NCBI GenBank assembly: GCA_963666285.1
Contig: OY762711.1
DNA: 64,000 nucleotides
Strand: one strand, 5' to 3'
Source: Sedimentisphaerales bacterium
GTDB taxonomy: Bacteria; Planctomycetota; Phycisphaerae; Sedimentisphaerales; SM23-30
In this document: piece by piece, positions 10,098 through 19,914 of the stretch
How the letters are laid out: every line of letters begins with the position of its first letter
How positions within the stretch are numbered: the stretch's first letter is position 1
Program-made: the position numbers and the translations under genes
The notes under the pieces: generated by a model
The model's input: the letters and a program-made list of their open reading frames with translations, nothing else
Database searches by the model: none
Told to the model about the DNA's origin: nothing

Positions 10098-10359
10098 CTC
10101 AACTTCTACCGAACAAGTAACCGAACAAGTAGAAAAACTGATTAACACTTTGTATGGCAAGGAGTTAAGTACTAAAGAAGCAATGAAGGAGGTAGGGATT
10201 TCGCACAGACCTACTTTCAGAGATAACTACCTGTTGCCAGCAATAGAGCTGGGTATAGTGGAAATGACAAATCCGTCATCACCTACCGCCAAAAACCAAA
10301 AATACCGACTTACTTCTAAAGGCACAGCCATTGTATCTTCAAGAAATAAAGGCAGCTGA
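10098..10359 (+). pseudogene. Orphan C-terminal HTH fragment of a Fic/RecG-C-like protein
   Basis: In-frame TEQVTEQV (ACCGAACAAGTA x2 at 10108-10131), then HRPTFRDNYL.PA...G.VEMT.P.SPTAKNQKYRLT; no N-terminal part or good start. Confidence 0.7.
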
Positions 10360-10479
10360 CTTTACGCATTTGTAAAATAATAATGCCCATTCTACTCCTT
10401 CGGCAAATGCCCTGAGTAAACTAAGTGCATCAAAGGGAAAGTAATATGAATTATATAAGTAATGAAGTAGTATGTTACT

Positions 10480-11121
10480 ATGCTGAAAAAAATAATAAAT
10501 AAAGTAAGAAGTCTGTTCAAAAAAACGAAGGAAGTAGATCCTTCATCTTTTAATGATCCTGTAGCCAAAATTACAGATTGGTCACCTGCTAAAGGAGGAG
10601 GTTCAAATTTTAGAACTCATAGGATTGTTACGGTTAGCCCAGACAGAGTTGAGTTTAAAATATCTGTTGGAGGCTTTCTATTCTGTTTCGCATTTATAGC
10701 AATTGGTGTTGGGGCACCTGTGGGGATACTGCTATCAGCCGAAACAAGTAATGCCAGGATCTTCGGCATTTCATTTGGTGCTATTTTTGCTACTGTTGGG
10801 TTAGTTATGCTATACTGCTTTGCTTCACCCAGAGTTTTTGACAAGAGCAAGGGCTATTACTGGAAAGGTAGAAAATCCCCTGACAATTATGATCTCAGCT
10901 CAATAAAGGAATACACCGAACTAAGCAGAATTCATGCATTACAGATAATTTCAGAACATTGCAGTGGTAATGACAGTTCCTATTACAGCTACGAGCTAAA
11001 CCTGGTACTAAAAGATGGAGCCAGAATTAATGTTATTGATCATGGCAGCAGGAAAAAACTATGTCAGGATGCAGAAGTACTTGCAGATTTTTTAAATGTT
11101 CCGATCTGGGATGCTACCTAA
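10480..11121 (+). CDS. Hypothetical membrane protein (2 TM)
   Basis: 213-aa ORF with two hydrophobic segments and a YELNLVL..G.RINV motif. Confidence 0.7.
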   Translation: MLKKIINKVRSLFKKTKEVDPSSFNDPVAKITDWSPAKGGGSNFRTHRIVTVSPDRVEFKISVGGFLFCFAFIAIGVGAPVGILLSAETSNARIFGISFGAIFATVGLVMLYCFASPRVFDKSKGYYWKGRKSPDNYDLSSIKEYTELSRIHALQIISEHCSGNDSSYYSYELNLVLKDGARINVIDHGSRKKLCQDAEVLADFLNVPIWDAT

Positions 11122-11357
11122 ACTTGCGTATATATCGAACCCGGGAATAATTAAGCTATTTCTTTGATTTTTCAAATTTGCAGAATTATAGAATGAGAAA
11201 TTATGTGTATTGGGGTACACAATAAAATAATTTTGACCCTATAATATATTTATGCTAGAATCATTTGCGTAATCGCGAGAAAATCATATTTTATAAGTAC
11301 TTATGAGAAAAGAGATAGTGAAATGTGTATTGTTGCGATTTTGCATATGCATTAAGT

Positions 11358-11561
11358 GCGGTATCGCACTTTTGACTGTTCAACATTACACGCAAAGGCC
11401 GGAACAGGGCCAATTAAGTGAAAAATGAAAAATTAAGGTGTCCCGATGTACGTTGACATCAGGAATAATTCGCTATCGTCTCACATTTTGTTTAAATTCA
11501 AAGTGTTGCAGGAAGGCCCTTTTAGGCGATTTATGCAACTTGAAAACTGCGAAAGTAAACT
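11358..11561. repeat. Repeat family B, copy 1
   Basis: GCGGTATCGCACTTTTGACTGTTCAA...GGAACAGGGCC.ATTAAGTGAAAAATG...AAAACTGCGAAAGT.AACT; homologous to 16216-16426. Confidence 0.85.
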
Positions 11562-11604
11562 TTAATGGATATATATAATATTGCAGGTGGTATGATAAAA
11601 TCGG

Positions 11605-12519
11605 TTGGTAGTTATGAATGAACAGGTACTAATACAGCATGCACTGAAATTGCTTGCCGAATGTGAGTATGAGAAGGTTGTAGTAACAGCCGAGTTATTA
11701 GCTGATAAGCTTTCGGTTACGCAGGTTCAGGCTGAGCATTTGCTGGGCGATTTGAGGTCGGCCGGCTTGGTGGAGTCGGCAAATATTGTTTTGACAACAA
11801 GCGGTCGAGAGTATGCCATGCATGTCTTGCAGGCTCACCGTCTGTATGAGACGTACCTGGCGAGGAAGACTGGTGTTCCGGAAGCTTCCTGGCATACACT
11901 GGCGGATGCGAGGGAGCATGAGCTATCGGAAAGTGATGTCCGTGAGCTGGCCCGTGAACTGGGGAACCCGCGATTTGACCCGCATGGCGACCCGATCCCT
12001 ACCAGAAGCGGTAAGATGCCGGAGAAGCAGGGTAAGTCCCTGGTAGAATATTCGGCCGGTTGGGTGGGTCGCGTCGTGCATGTGGAAGATGAGCCGCCGA
12101 GACTATATGCCCATATTTCCAAGGCGGGTATTGCCCCTGATACGGTACTGCGGATTGACAAGATAGATTCCAAAGAGCTGGCAATAAGTACCGAAGGACG
12201 AAAGTTTGTCTTTCCTTATGAAGTTGCCGAGCAGATATCAGCGGTTGAACTGACAGAGGGTGAGCAGTATGATGAATCAGTTGCACGCTTATCGAGCCTG
12301 GAGCCGGGCGAGTCGGCGGATATAATAAGTTTATCGCCTTTATGCCGGGGGCTGGAGAGAAACCGGCTGCTGGATCTGGGTTTTGTACCTGGTACCAGGG
12401 TAAAGGTTGAGTTGACGAGCGCTTCGGGCAGCCCGATCGGGTATCGTATTCGTGGAGCATGTATAGCGTTGCGACTGGATCAGATAGAGCGTATACGTAT
12501 AAGAAAGGTCGGGGTATAA
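11605..12519 (+). CDS. DtxR/MntR-family metal-dependent regulator fused to two FeoA/SH3 domains
   Basis: HRLYETYL, EHEL, PRFDPHGDPIP; C-terminal RLLDLGFVPGT.V......SGSPI.YRIRG..IALR. Confidence 0.9.
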   Translation: MVVMNEQVLIQHALKLLAECEYEKVVVTAELLADKLSVTQVQAEHLLGDLRSAGLVESANIVLTTSGREYAMHVLQAHRLYETYLARKTGVPEASWHTLADAREHELSESDVRELARELGNPRFDPHGDPIPTRSGKMPEKQGKSLVEYSAGWVGRVVHVEDEPPRLYAHISKAGIAPDTVLRIDKIDSKELAISTEGRKFVFPYEVAEQISAVELTEGEQYDESVARLSSLEPGESADIISLSPLCRGLERNRLLDLGFVPGTRVKVELTSASGSPIGYRIRGACIALRLDQIERIRIRKVGV

Positions 12520-12520
12520 A

Positions 12521-13345
12521 ATGAGTAAAAAAGGTCAACATTGCGGAAACTGTCAGATTCCGGCGATTTCCAAGCTTGAGAAGCTTGGCATGAAGCTGGG
12601 CAGATCTGATTATGTGGTGGCTTTGGCAGGAAATCCGAATACGGGTAAGAGTACGGTTTTTAATTCCCTGACCGGTTTGAGACAGCATACCGGCAATTGG
12701 CCGGGTAAGACAATAGCTAGGGCAGAGGGGGCATTTTCGCTGAATGGTAAGCAGTATAAGCTTGTCGATCTGCCGGGCACATACTCGCTGCAATCGGCGA
12801 CAGATGATGAAGAGGTTGCACGCAACTTTATTTTGTTTGGTCGTCCGGATGTGACTGTGATAGTAGTTGACGCGACACGGCTGGAGCGTAACCTTAATCT
12901 TGCGTTGCAGGTATTGCAGATAACCGATAAAGCGATCCTGTGTGTTAATCTGATAGATGAGGCAAAGGCTCATGGTATTGAAGTTGACGGCAGGGGTCTG
13001 GCTCGAGATCTTGGAATACCGGTTGTAATGGCAGCGGCTCGCCAGGGAGTTGGAATTGACCAGCTGCTAAATGAAATTGAAGATATGGCTCATGGCCGCA
13101 GTGAATGTCGACCGCATCAGTTGCCGATAGATATTCCAACGGTAAATGAAAGTGTTACCGAGCTGGTAGATGCTTTAGGAGAGGCATTTCCTAATATGCC
13201 GCACCGGGAATGGGTAGCCTTGAGGCTGCTGGAAGGCGATCCGCGAGTTGTCCAGGCGGTAGCCAGTGGCGAAATTGGATCGCTGGGTGCGGACCACGCC
13301 TCTTCCGGAGGTTCCGACGCAACAAATACGAGAGGTCAGGAATGA
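12521..13345 (+). CDS. feoB: Ferrous iron transporter FeoB, G-protein domain (split gene)
   Basis: GNPNTGKS, GNWPGKT, DLPGTYSL, DATRLERNL. Confidence 0.92.
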   Translation: MSKKGQHCGNCQIPAISKLEKLGMKLGRSDYVVALAGNPNTGKSTVFNSLTGLRQHTGNWPGKTIARAEGAFSLNGKQYKLVDLPGTYSLQSATDDEEVARNFILFGRPDVTVIVVDATRLERNLNLALQVLQITDKAILCVNLIDEAKAHGIEVDGRGLARDLGIPVVMAAARQGVGIDQLLNEIEDMAHGRSECRPHQLPIDIPTVNESVTELVDALGEAFPNMPHREWVALRLLEGDPRVVQAVASGEIGSLGADHASSGGSDATNTRGQE

Positions 13346-14760
13346 TGAATCCAGAACAAATAGTCGAGCGAGCAAGTGAGTTGCGCTGGAAGCTACCGCA
13401 GAATTTTCACGATCACTGGGTGGAGAATATTTATGCAGAGTCTGCCCGTATAGCGTCACGAAATGTTAGTCAGAGTAATAAAACACATCGTCTCTCATGG
13501 GAGCGTCGTTTGGACTGGCTGCTGACTAACCGCTGGACGGGAGTGCCAATAATGGTGTTTATGCTTGCACTGGTACTTTGGCTGACAATTGAAGGAGCCA
13601 ATGTGCCATCCGGCTGGCTGGCGACATTATTGCTGGATATGGGTCATCCATTCCTGAACGGTCTAGCCGAGTCAGTGAATATGCCATGGTGGCTATCCGG
13701 TGTGCTGATAGATGGATTGTATCTTACTACAGCATGGGTTGTAAGTGTTATGCTGCCGCCGATGGCGATATTTTTTTCAATGTTCACTTTGCTGGAAGAT
13801 TTTGGCTATTTACCGAGGGTTGCCTTCAATATGGATAATCTGTTTCGTCGGGCCGGAGCTCATGGCAAGCAGGCTTTGACGATGTCGATGGGGTGGGGTT
13901 GTAATGCGGCAGGAGTTGTGGCGACACGAGTGATAGATAGTCCCCGTGAGCGGCTGATCGCAATAATAACAAATAATTTTGCCTTATGTAACGGCAGATG
14001 GCCGACGCAGATATTGCTGGCCACTATATTTCTGGGTGTACTGGCACCGCCTGCCATGGCAAGTTTTGTCTCTGCCGGTGCAGTTCTGGGAGTAGCTTTG
14101 CTAGGAGTCTTTTTGACCTTTGTATCATCATGGATGCTGTCGCGTACGGTGTTAAAGGGAGAGGCGTCTACATTTACACTGGAGCTGCCGCCGTTCAGGC
14201 CGCCGAATATATTACGGACATTGTATACATCGATAATTGACAGGACCTTGATTGTATTGTGGCGTGCAATTGTATTTGCGGCTCCAGCCGGAGTAGTGTT
14301 GTGGACGATCTGTAATTTGAGTTTGGGTGAAACGACACTAGCAGAAGGGCTGGTACATTTTCTGGACGGACCAGGCTGGCTGTTGGGATTGAATGGTGTT
14401 ATACTGGTAGCCTATATAGTAGCGATTCCGGCCAATGAAATAGTGATTCCAACGGTACTTATGCTTACAGTAATGACAACCGGAGTTACCGGGGTAGGTG
14501 AACAAGGTGCCGGAGTGATGTTCGAGACCAATGAAAATTCGGCTCTGGCAACTTTATTGCATGCCGGTGGATGGACCACGTTGACCGCGATATGCCTGAT
14601 GCTTTTCAGTCTGTGTCATAATCCATGTTCGACAACAATATTTACTATCTGGAAAGAGACTAAGAGTGTTAAGTGGACGATCCTGGCGACGTTTATGCCG
14701 ATAGTTTTTGGAGTAATAATATGCGGCACAGTGGCACTTGTCTGGCGGTTAGTGACCTGA
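13342..14760 (+). CDS. feoB: FeoB membrane (gate/nucleoside recognition) domain; start likely ATG 13342, overlapping the upstream stop
   Basis: LEDFGYLPRVAF, GWGCNA, ELPPFRPP, PANEIV, HNPCSTT. Confidence 0.9.
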   Translation: MMNPEQIVERASELRWKLPQNFHDHWVENIYAESARIASRNVSQSNKTHRLSWERRLDWLLTNRWTGVPIMVFMLALVLWLTIEGANVPSGWLATLLLDMGHPFLNGLAESVNMPWWLSGVLIDGLYLTTAWVVSVMLPPMAIFFSMFTLLEDFGYLPRVAFNMDNLFRRAGAHGKQALTMSMGWGCNAAGVVATRVIDSPRERLIAIITNNFALCNGRWPTQILLATIFLGVLAPPAMASFVSAGAVLGVALLGVFLTFVSSWMLSRTVLKGEASTFTLELPPFRPPNILRTLYTSIIDRTLIVLWRAIVFAAPAGVVLWTICNLSLGETTLAEGLVHFLDGPGWLLGLNGVILVAYIVAIPANEIVIPTVLMLTVMTTGVTGVGEQGAGVMFETNENSALATLLHAGGWTTLTAICLMLFSLCHNPCSTTIFTIWKETKSVKWTILATFMPIVFGVIICGTVALVWRLVT

Positions 14761-15022
14761 TATTTTGAGCAACTTGGGCTGCCGGGCAGAATGAGAAGAG
14801 TGGTGTGTAAAAAAAACAGAAACTGCAATAAAATATATGTAATATTCGTTAAGCTTTAGGCAACTCTGAAAAATCATTTTGAGCGACTAGTTTTTCTTTT
14901 GCCAGCAACCAAAATCTTAAAATATCGCATCAAAAGCAATTTCCAGAGGTCATCTTAATATTTTGTATGTTAAGCAAGATCAGGTATGTTGTAACCTGTT
15001 TTTGTTAATGGGTATATGAAAC

Positions 15023-16078
15023 ATGTCAGTTTTTTTTGAAAAGGAGCGCATCGTGAAACACTTAACCATTTTTAAACAATCTGTATGTTCTATTATTCTG
15101 TTGGTATTATTTCTTTCTGTGCCTGTTATGGCCCAGACAAACCGGCCATTCGGACGTGGGATTTACGGTGACTGGCAGATAAAAATGCAGTTTGGCGAAC
15201 GGGAATTTGAGTCGATATTATCATTTTCGCGCAATGATGACCGTCAATTGACCGGCCAGTGGATCACAAACTGGGGGATGAGTGATCTGAAAGAAGTTCA
15301 GTTTGAAGACGGGAAATTAAGTTTCACTCACGAAAGGCAGACACGTGAGGGAGACACGATGACATCGAAATTCTCCGGAACAGTTGAGGAAGGCAAGCTG
15401 ACCGGAACACTTACCAGCGACCGAGGTGAAACGAAAATTGAAGGCCAGCGTAGTGGGCGTATGCCTCGAGTAGTTGGAAACTGGGAAATGAAATATAAGA
15501 TAGGTGACAGAGATATAACCAGTACACTGGTGATTAAAGCAGACAAAGATGGTAATCTGGCAGGTGAATGGAAGAGTGAATGGGGCGAGCATGAAATTTC
15601 CGAACTGAAGTATGAGCGTGGCAGCCTGAGCTTTAAGAGAAAGTCAACTATGGGTGATCGTCAGTTTGAATCCAGCTTTGAAGGAAATATTCAGCGTGAA
15701 GGATTGACAGGTGTATTTAAGTCTGATCGGGGAGAAATAACGGTTGAGGGTCAAAAGGCCGGCCAGGACCTAATCGGCACCTGGAACCTTGATATAGATA
15801 CTGAATATGGTCAGATGAAGCAAAGATTGGTTGTTAATCCTGATATGAGCGGTCTTTACGGGGCAATTCCAGTTGAGAAAATCGAACTGAAAGATAACCA
15901 GGTAAGTTTCAAGATTGAGATGCAGTTTGGTGATCAGAAAATGGAAATGAGTTTTTCCGGAACAATAAAAGACCAGACTATTACAGGAGAAACAGAATCC
16001 GACTTTGGTACCAATAAGATTAGTGGCAAGAAGGTTGTTCGTTCGTTTCGCAGGCCTACGGCAGCATCAGAACGATAA
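15023..16078 (+). CDS. Secreted hypothetical protein with three ~100-aa beta-rich repeats
   Basis: Repeated G.W...(G.W)...G.LSF...F.G.....LTG units. Confidence 0.75.
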   Translation: MSVFFEKERIVKHLTIFKQSVCSIILLVLFLSVPVMAQTNRPFGRGIYGDWQIKMQFGEREFESILSFSRNDDRQLTGQWITNWGMSDLKEVQFEDGKLSFTHERQTREGDTMTSKFSGTVEEGKLTGTLTSDRGETKIEGQRSGRMPRVVGNWEMKYKIGDRDITSTLVIKADKDGNLAGEWKSEWGEHEISELKYERGSLSFKRKSTMGDRQFESSFEGNIQREGLTGVFKSDRGEITVEGQKAGQDLIGTWNLDIDTEYGQMKQRLVVNPDMSGLYGAIPVEKIELKDNQVSFKIEMQFGDQKMEMSFSGTIKDQTITGETESDFGTNKISGKKVVRSFRRPTAASER

Positions 16079-16158
16079 GATCTAAATCCAATAATTGCTA
16101 TTTAGAATTTAAAGGAAATGATTTATATTTTCCTTTTTATCTGCAAGCTATTAATATT

Positions 16159-16193
16159 AAAGCATGGGTTTCTTTGGAGTCCATGCTTTTTTT
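16159..16193 (+). terminator. Intrinsic terminator
   Basis: AAAGCATGG...CCATGCTTT followed by a T tract. Confidence 0.65.
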
Positions 16194-16215
16194 GTATTGA
16201 GCAAAATATTGAGAC

Positions 16216-16426
16216 GCGGTATCATACTTTTTACTGTTCAATATTACATGCAAAGGTTGGAACAGGGCCGATTAAGTGAAAAATGAATAATGAAAAGTGA
16301 AAAATTAAGGTGTTTCTACTATCCTTCGACTAGCTCAAGACAGGTCGTCTCACGCTTTTAAACTCAAGATTCGCCAGAAAGGACTTTAAGGCGATTATTG
16401 TAACTAAAAAACTGCGAAAGTTAACT
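16216..16426. repeat. Repeat family B, copy 2
   Basis: Homologous to 11358-11561; extra TGAAAAA/TGAATAA/TGAAAAG heptamers and a CCTTCGACTAGCTCAAGACAGG REP-like insert. Confidence 0.85.
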
Positions 16427-18256
16427 ATGTGTAGATACATACTAAATATCTGGTTCAATCGTTTGGTAAAAGCGATATTCATTTTAGTTTTAGCTTTAAT
16501 AATATCCTGCGGTAGTAAAACATTTGCAGGATATCTTGAAGCGATTAAAGATATATTTGATAAACCGGTTGAATTTTCAGAAGCTGATCGGAAAGAGTTG
16601 AATGAATGGCTGCAAGAAAATGCAATTAAGTTTAAAACTGTTCAGGTAGGGACGGGCTATGATGATTTGCAGCCTTTAAAGAAAGTTATAGGTGATGCGC
16701 GAATAGTATCTCTAGGTGAAGCAGCGCATATGAATCGCGATTTCTACCAAATGAAACATCGTATAGTCGAGTTTTTAGTAAACGAGATGGGTTTCAATGT
16801 TATTGCGATAGAGGGCACTTTTGCCGGCGGCATGGAACTTAATGAATATATTCAGACAGGTAAAGGCGACCCGCAGCGGGCATTGGGGGCGTTATCTTAC
16901 CCGGCATGGAATACTGAAGAGATTCTGGATATGGTAGTATGGATGAGGGAATATAATGCTACCCATGAAAACAAGATCAAATTTTATGGTTTCGATGTTA
17001 AGCCGGCATGTGGTTCTGCAAAAGTTGTTTATGATTATCTGCAAAAGACCGGTGCTATAGATGAATATGACCAATTGCTAAGCCGGATGATGAACCCTTG
17101 GATTATGTCGAGGTTGACAGATGAGTTCAAAAAAGATCCGTCCGGTATTAACGTTAAGCTGAAAAATTTAGTAGAGCATATGGAAACTATCAGTCCGGAT
17201 AGTGTTTCAAATGATATAAAAGAGTGGGAGCTGGCGATACAACATGCTCGTGTTCTCCGGCAATATGTTAATTTCTATAGTAAGTCTTCCATTTCGCAAG
17301 CTACCGAATTTAGAGATAAAAGCATGGCCGAAAATGTTCGGTGGATAATGGATTATGAGCCGGGAGCGAAAGCAATTTTATGGGCAGCGAATCCTCACAT
17401 ATCCAAATTTCCATCAAGCGGGACAATGGGTTGTTGTTTGTCTGATATCTACGGCGATGATATTGTTATTATAGGAATGCTGAGAAACAGGAAATTCGCC
17501 AGTGAGCAGGAAAAAGCTGATGGAGCAAATTATCCAATTGACATTGGCGGCAGAAGGGAAGGAACCCTTGAAGATACTTTAGGCCGGGCCGGACTTCAGA
17601 ATGCATTAGTTGATTTTCGTTTTTTGCCTGAAGGTTTAGTTTCTGATTATTTCAATAGCCCCATATCAGGGAATGCGGGTATTAATATTGAATATCCTTT
17701 AGCGTATGATGCTGTTATCTTTATCGAGTCAACCTTAGATGCCATATCTCTCGAAGCAGGCAATATTCGCAGGTTTAATATCCTCGATAAGCCGTCTAAC
17801 CTGGATTTTGAAATAATTGAAGATGGCAGACCAAAGGGTTGGATCAGGCAGGCCGGTCAATCGCGAGTAGAGTATGATGTTATCCCGATGCGAGAGGAGC
17901 CTTATCACGGTGAGTTATGCTGTATGATTAAAAGGAGACCGGGTCGGGCGTTTCATGGCGCGTTTGGGAATGTAGGTCAGGTAATAGATGCATCAAACCT
18001 TTCAGACGGTAGTCTGCAATTTAACGCAGCAGTAAGAGTTGAAGATGGAAAAGGGTACCTTTGGCTATCGGTGGAGCACTTCAATGGTCCTGCAGTATTC
18101 CAGGAGAAAATGATATGTTCTGATGAGTGGCAGGAGTATTCTTTGCAGATAGAAATTCCGCAAAAAGCTAAGAAGCTGATTTATGGTTTAGCTTTTGTAG
18201 GTGAGGGAGCAGCTTTTATAGACAATGTCGAACTAAAAAATATAACAGCTAAATAG
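16427..18256 (+). CDS. Erythromycin esterase family protein with C-terminal beta-sandwich domain
   Basis: IGDARIVSLGEA.H, KHRIVEFLV.EMGF..IAIE, FYGFD, RDKSMAENV.W. Confidence 0.85.
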   Translation: MCRYILNIWFNRLVKAIFILVLALIISCGSKTFAGYLEAIKDIFDKPVEFSEADRKELNEWLQENAIKFKTVQVGTGYDDLQPLKKVIGDARIVSLGEAAHMNRDFYQMKHRIVEFLVNEMGFNVIAIEGTFAGGMELNEYIQTGKGDPQRALGALSYPAWNTEEILDMVVWMREYNATHENKIKFYGFDVKPACGSAKVVYDYLQKTGAIDEYDQLLSRMMNPWIMSRLTDEFKKDPSGINVKLKNLVEHMETISPDSVSNDIKEWELAIQHARVLRQYVNFYSKSSISQATEFRDKSMAENVRWIMDYEPGAKAILWAANPHISKFPSSGTMGCCLSDIYGDDIVIIGMLRNRKFASEQEKADGANYPIDIGGRREGTLEDTLGRAGLQNALVDFRFLPEGLVSDYFNSPISGNAGINIEYPLAYDAVIFIESTLDAISLEAGNIRRFNILDKPSNLDFEIIEDGRPKGWIRQAGQSRVEYDVIPMREEPYHGELCCMIKRRPGRAFHGAFGNVGQVIDASNLSDGSLQFNAAVRVEDGKGYLWLSVEHFNGPAVFQEKMICSDEWQEYSLQIEIPQKAKKLIYGLAFVGEGAAFIDNVELKNITAK

Positions 18257-18270
18257 AATTTTCTGTTTGT

Positions 18271-19398
18271 TTATTGTATTGTCATACTTAGAAGGCCAAT
18301 TGCCGCACCGCCGAGTATCAGCCAGGTAGTATTGATCTTATAGCGGATAAGAAGAACAAGTGATATTATGGCTACAATGATAGTTAACGGGTCGGTAAGT
18401 GAGTTTTTACTGAGTGTCCATGTGACCGCGGCCATAAGACTCAAAGAAGCAGCATTAACGCCATCGAGCAGACTGCCAAACCAGATTGATTTACGCATCC
18501 GAGGGATAACAGGGCTGGAGAGGGCAACGAAAATAAACGAGGGCAGGAATATTCCTATAGTTGCCAGTAGAGCCCCGGTCCATCCGCCCACAACATAACC
18601 GATAAAAGTAGCGGTAGTGAAAACCGGTCCAGGTGTGACCTGTCCAATTGCAACGGCATCGACAAGCTGCCGGTCGGTCATCCAGCCAAATTTTTCGACA
18701 AGATCGCCGTGAAGGAAGGCGAGCAGAACATAGCCGCTGCCATACAGGACAGAACCGATTTTGAGGAATGTAAAAAACAGTGTTGGGAAGCTGAAAGCTG
18801 TGACAGCCTGTGGGGCGGCAGATATAGTACCAAGCGGCAGTAACATTAATCCCAGGTTATGAGTATTGATTTTTTTGTAGTTGGAAGCGATCATTACGGT
18901 GAGTCCGCCGGCAAAGAGCAGAATAATCTCATTTATGCCGGTGAAGTAGAGGGCTAGTAATACTATTCCAACGGAAATCGTAAGAGGACCTTTTATGGCT
19001 TTTTTGCCCAGATTAAAAAGAGCCTGCAGAATTACAGCAATAACAACCGGTTTAATGCCATAGATGAGTCCTTGTGTCTGTGGCATTGTTCCGAAGCGTA
19101 CATATGCCCAAGACAAAAGAAGAACAATTGCCATTGCCGGGACTATAAAGCAGAATCCTGCGGTGATAAGCCCTTTCCAGCCACCTCTCAGGAATCCAAT
19201 ATGGATGGCTAATTCAGTTGAGTTTGGACCTGGTATGAGGTTGGTGGCCCCGATCAGGTCTAGGAATTCCTGGTCGGTAAGCCATTTTCTGCGTTTAACA
19301 GTCTCATCATGCATCATTGAAATATGCGCAGCCGGACCGCCGAAAGCAGTGATGCCGAGTCTGAAAAACAATTTGGCAATTTCTGTTAGATTTTGCAT
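18271..19398 (-). CDS. chrA: Chromate efflux transporter (CHR family)
   Basis: FGGPAAHI, PGPNSTE, YGSGYVL, GQVTPGPV. Confidence 0.9.
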   Translation of the reverse strand: MQNLTEIAKLFFRLGITAFGGPAAHISMMHDETVKRRKWLTDQEFLDLIGATNLIPGPNSTELAIHIGFLRGGWKGLITAGFCFIVPAMAIVLLLSWAYVRFGTMPQTQGLIYGIKPVVIAVILQALFNLGKKAIKGPLTISVGIVLLALYFTGINEIILLFAGGLTVMIASNYKKINTHNLGLMLLPLGTISAAPQAVTAFSFPTLFFTFLKIGSVLYGSGYVLLAFLHGDLVEKFGWMTDRQLVDAVAIGQVTPGPVFTTATFIGYVVGGWTGALLATIGIFLPSFIFVALSSPVIPRMRKSIWFGSLLDGVNAASLSLMAAVTWTLSKNSLTDPLTIIVAIISLVLLIRYKINTTWLILGGAAIGLLSMTIQ

Positions 19399-19699
19399 AT
19401 CAATTTACATTACAAGGGTTTATGTGGTTTGTTGTCTGGTCTGATATTAAATTTAACTTGTTGTGGATATTATAGACGGAAAAAATAGCGGAGTCATATT
19501 TTTGCCCAATTTGTTAGCAAATCATGAGCTGGTATGCCTGTTGTCGTAAAATTAACTTATAACGTCTTTGCTGGCAATGTGTTATAGTATTATTAGTGTT
19601 GTTTTAGAGGTTTGTTAAATAATGGCAAGCTGTAAGTTTCTAGCAATAAAGATTTTACAGTAATAAAAAGGTAATTTTCTTATTTTTATGTTTCAGTGA

Positions 19700-19729
19700 T
19701 TGACATAACTACCCGATATTTAATACTAT
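19700..19729 (+). promoter_or_regulatory. Possible sigma70 promoter for the CotH gene
   Basis: TTGACA-18 nt-TACTAT. Confidence 0.45.
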
Positions 19730-19914
19730 ATAAGGAATAGCCCTCAGATAATTTATTATTTTCGGAAAAAAGTTCTTATATTCTGCAAGGGATGACCTTG
19801 TACCAGTTCCAGGAGTCATTATCTAAGGCCTGTTCAAAATAGTTATATGTTGCCCGTCGTCATTGAAAAGTATATTGTTGAAAATAAAGTATTTGTTAAG
19901 TAACCGAGGAGAGT

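Noticed and set aside
11999..12973. 324-aa minus-strand ORF
   Set aside because: Antisense shadow of the well-supported DtxR/feoB genes
16427..18256. Bona fide macrolide resistance gene
   Set aside because: Family motifs only; the long exported form with an extra domain and a WAAN.H variant gives no evidence for resistance
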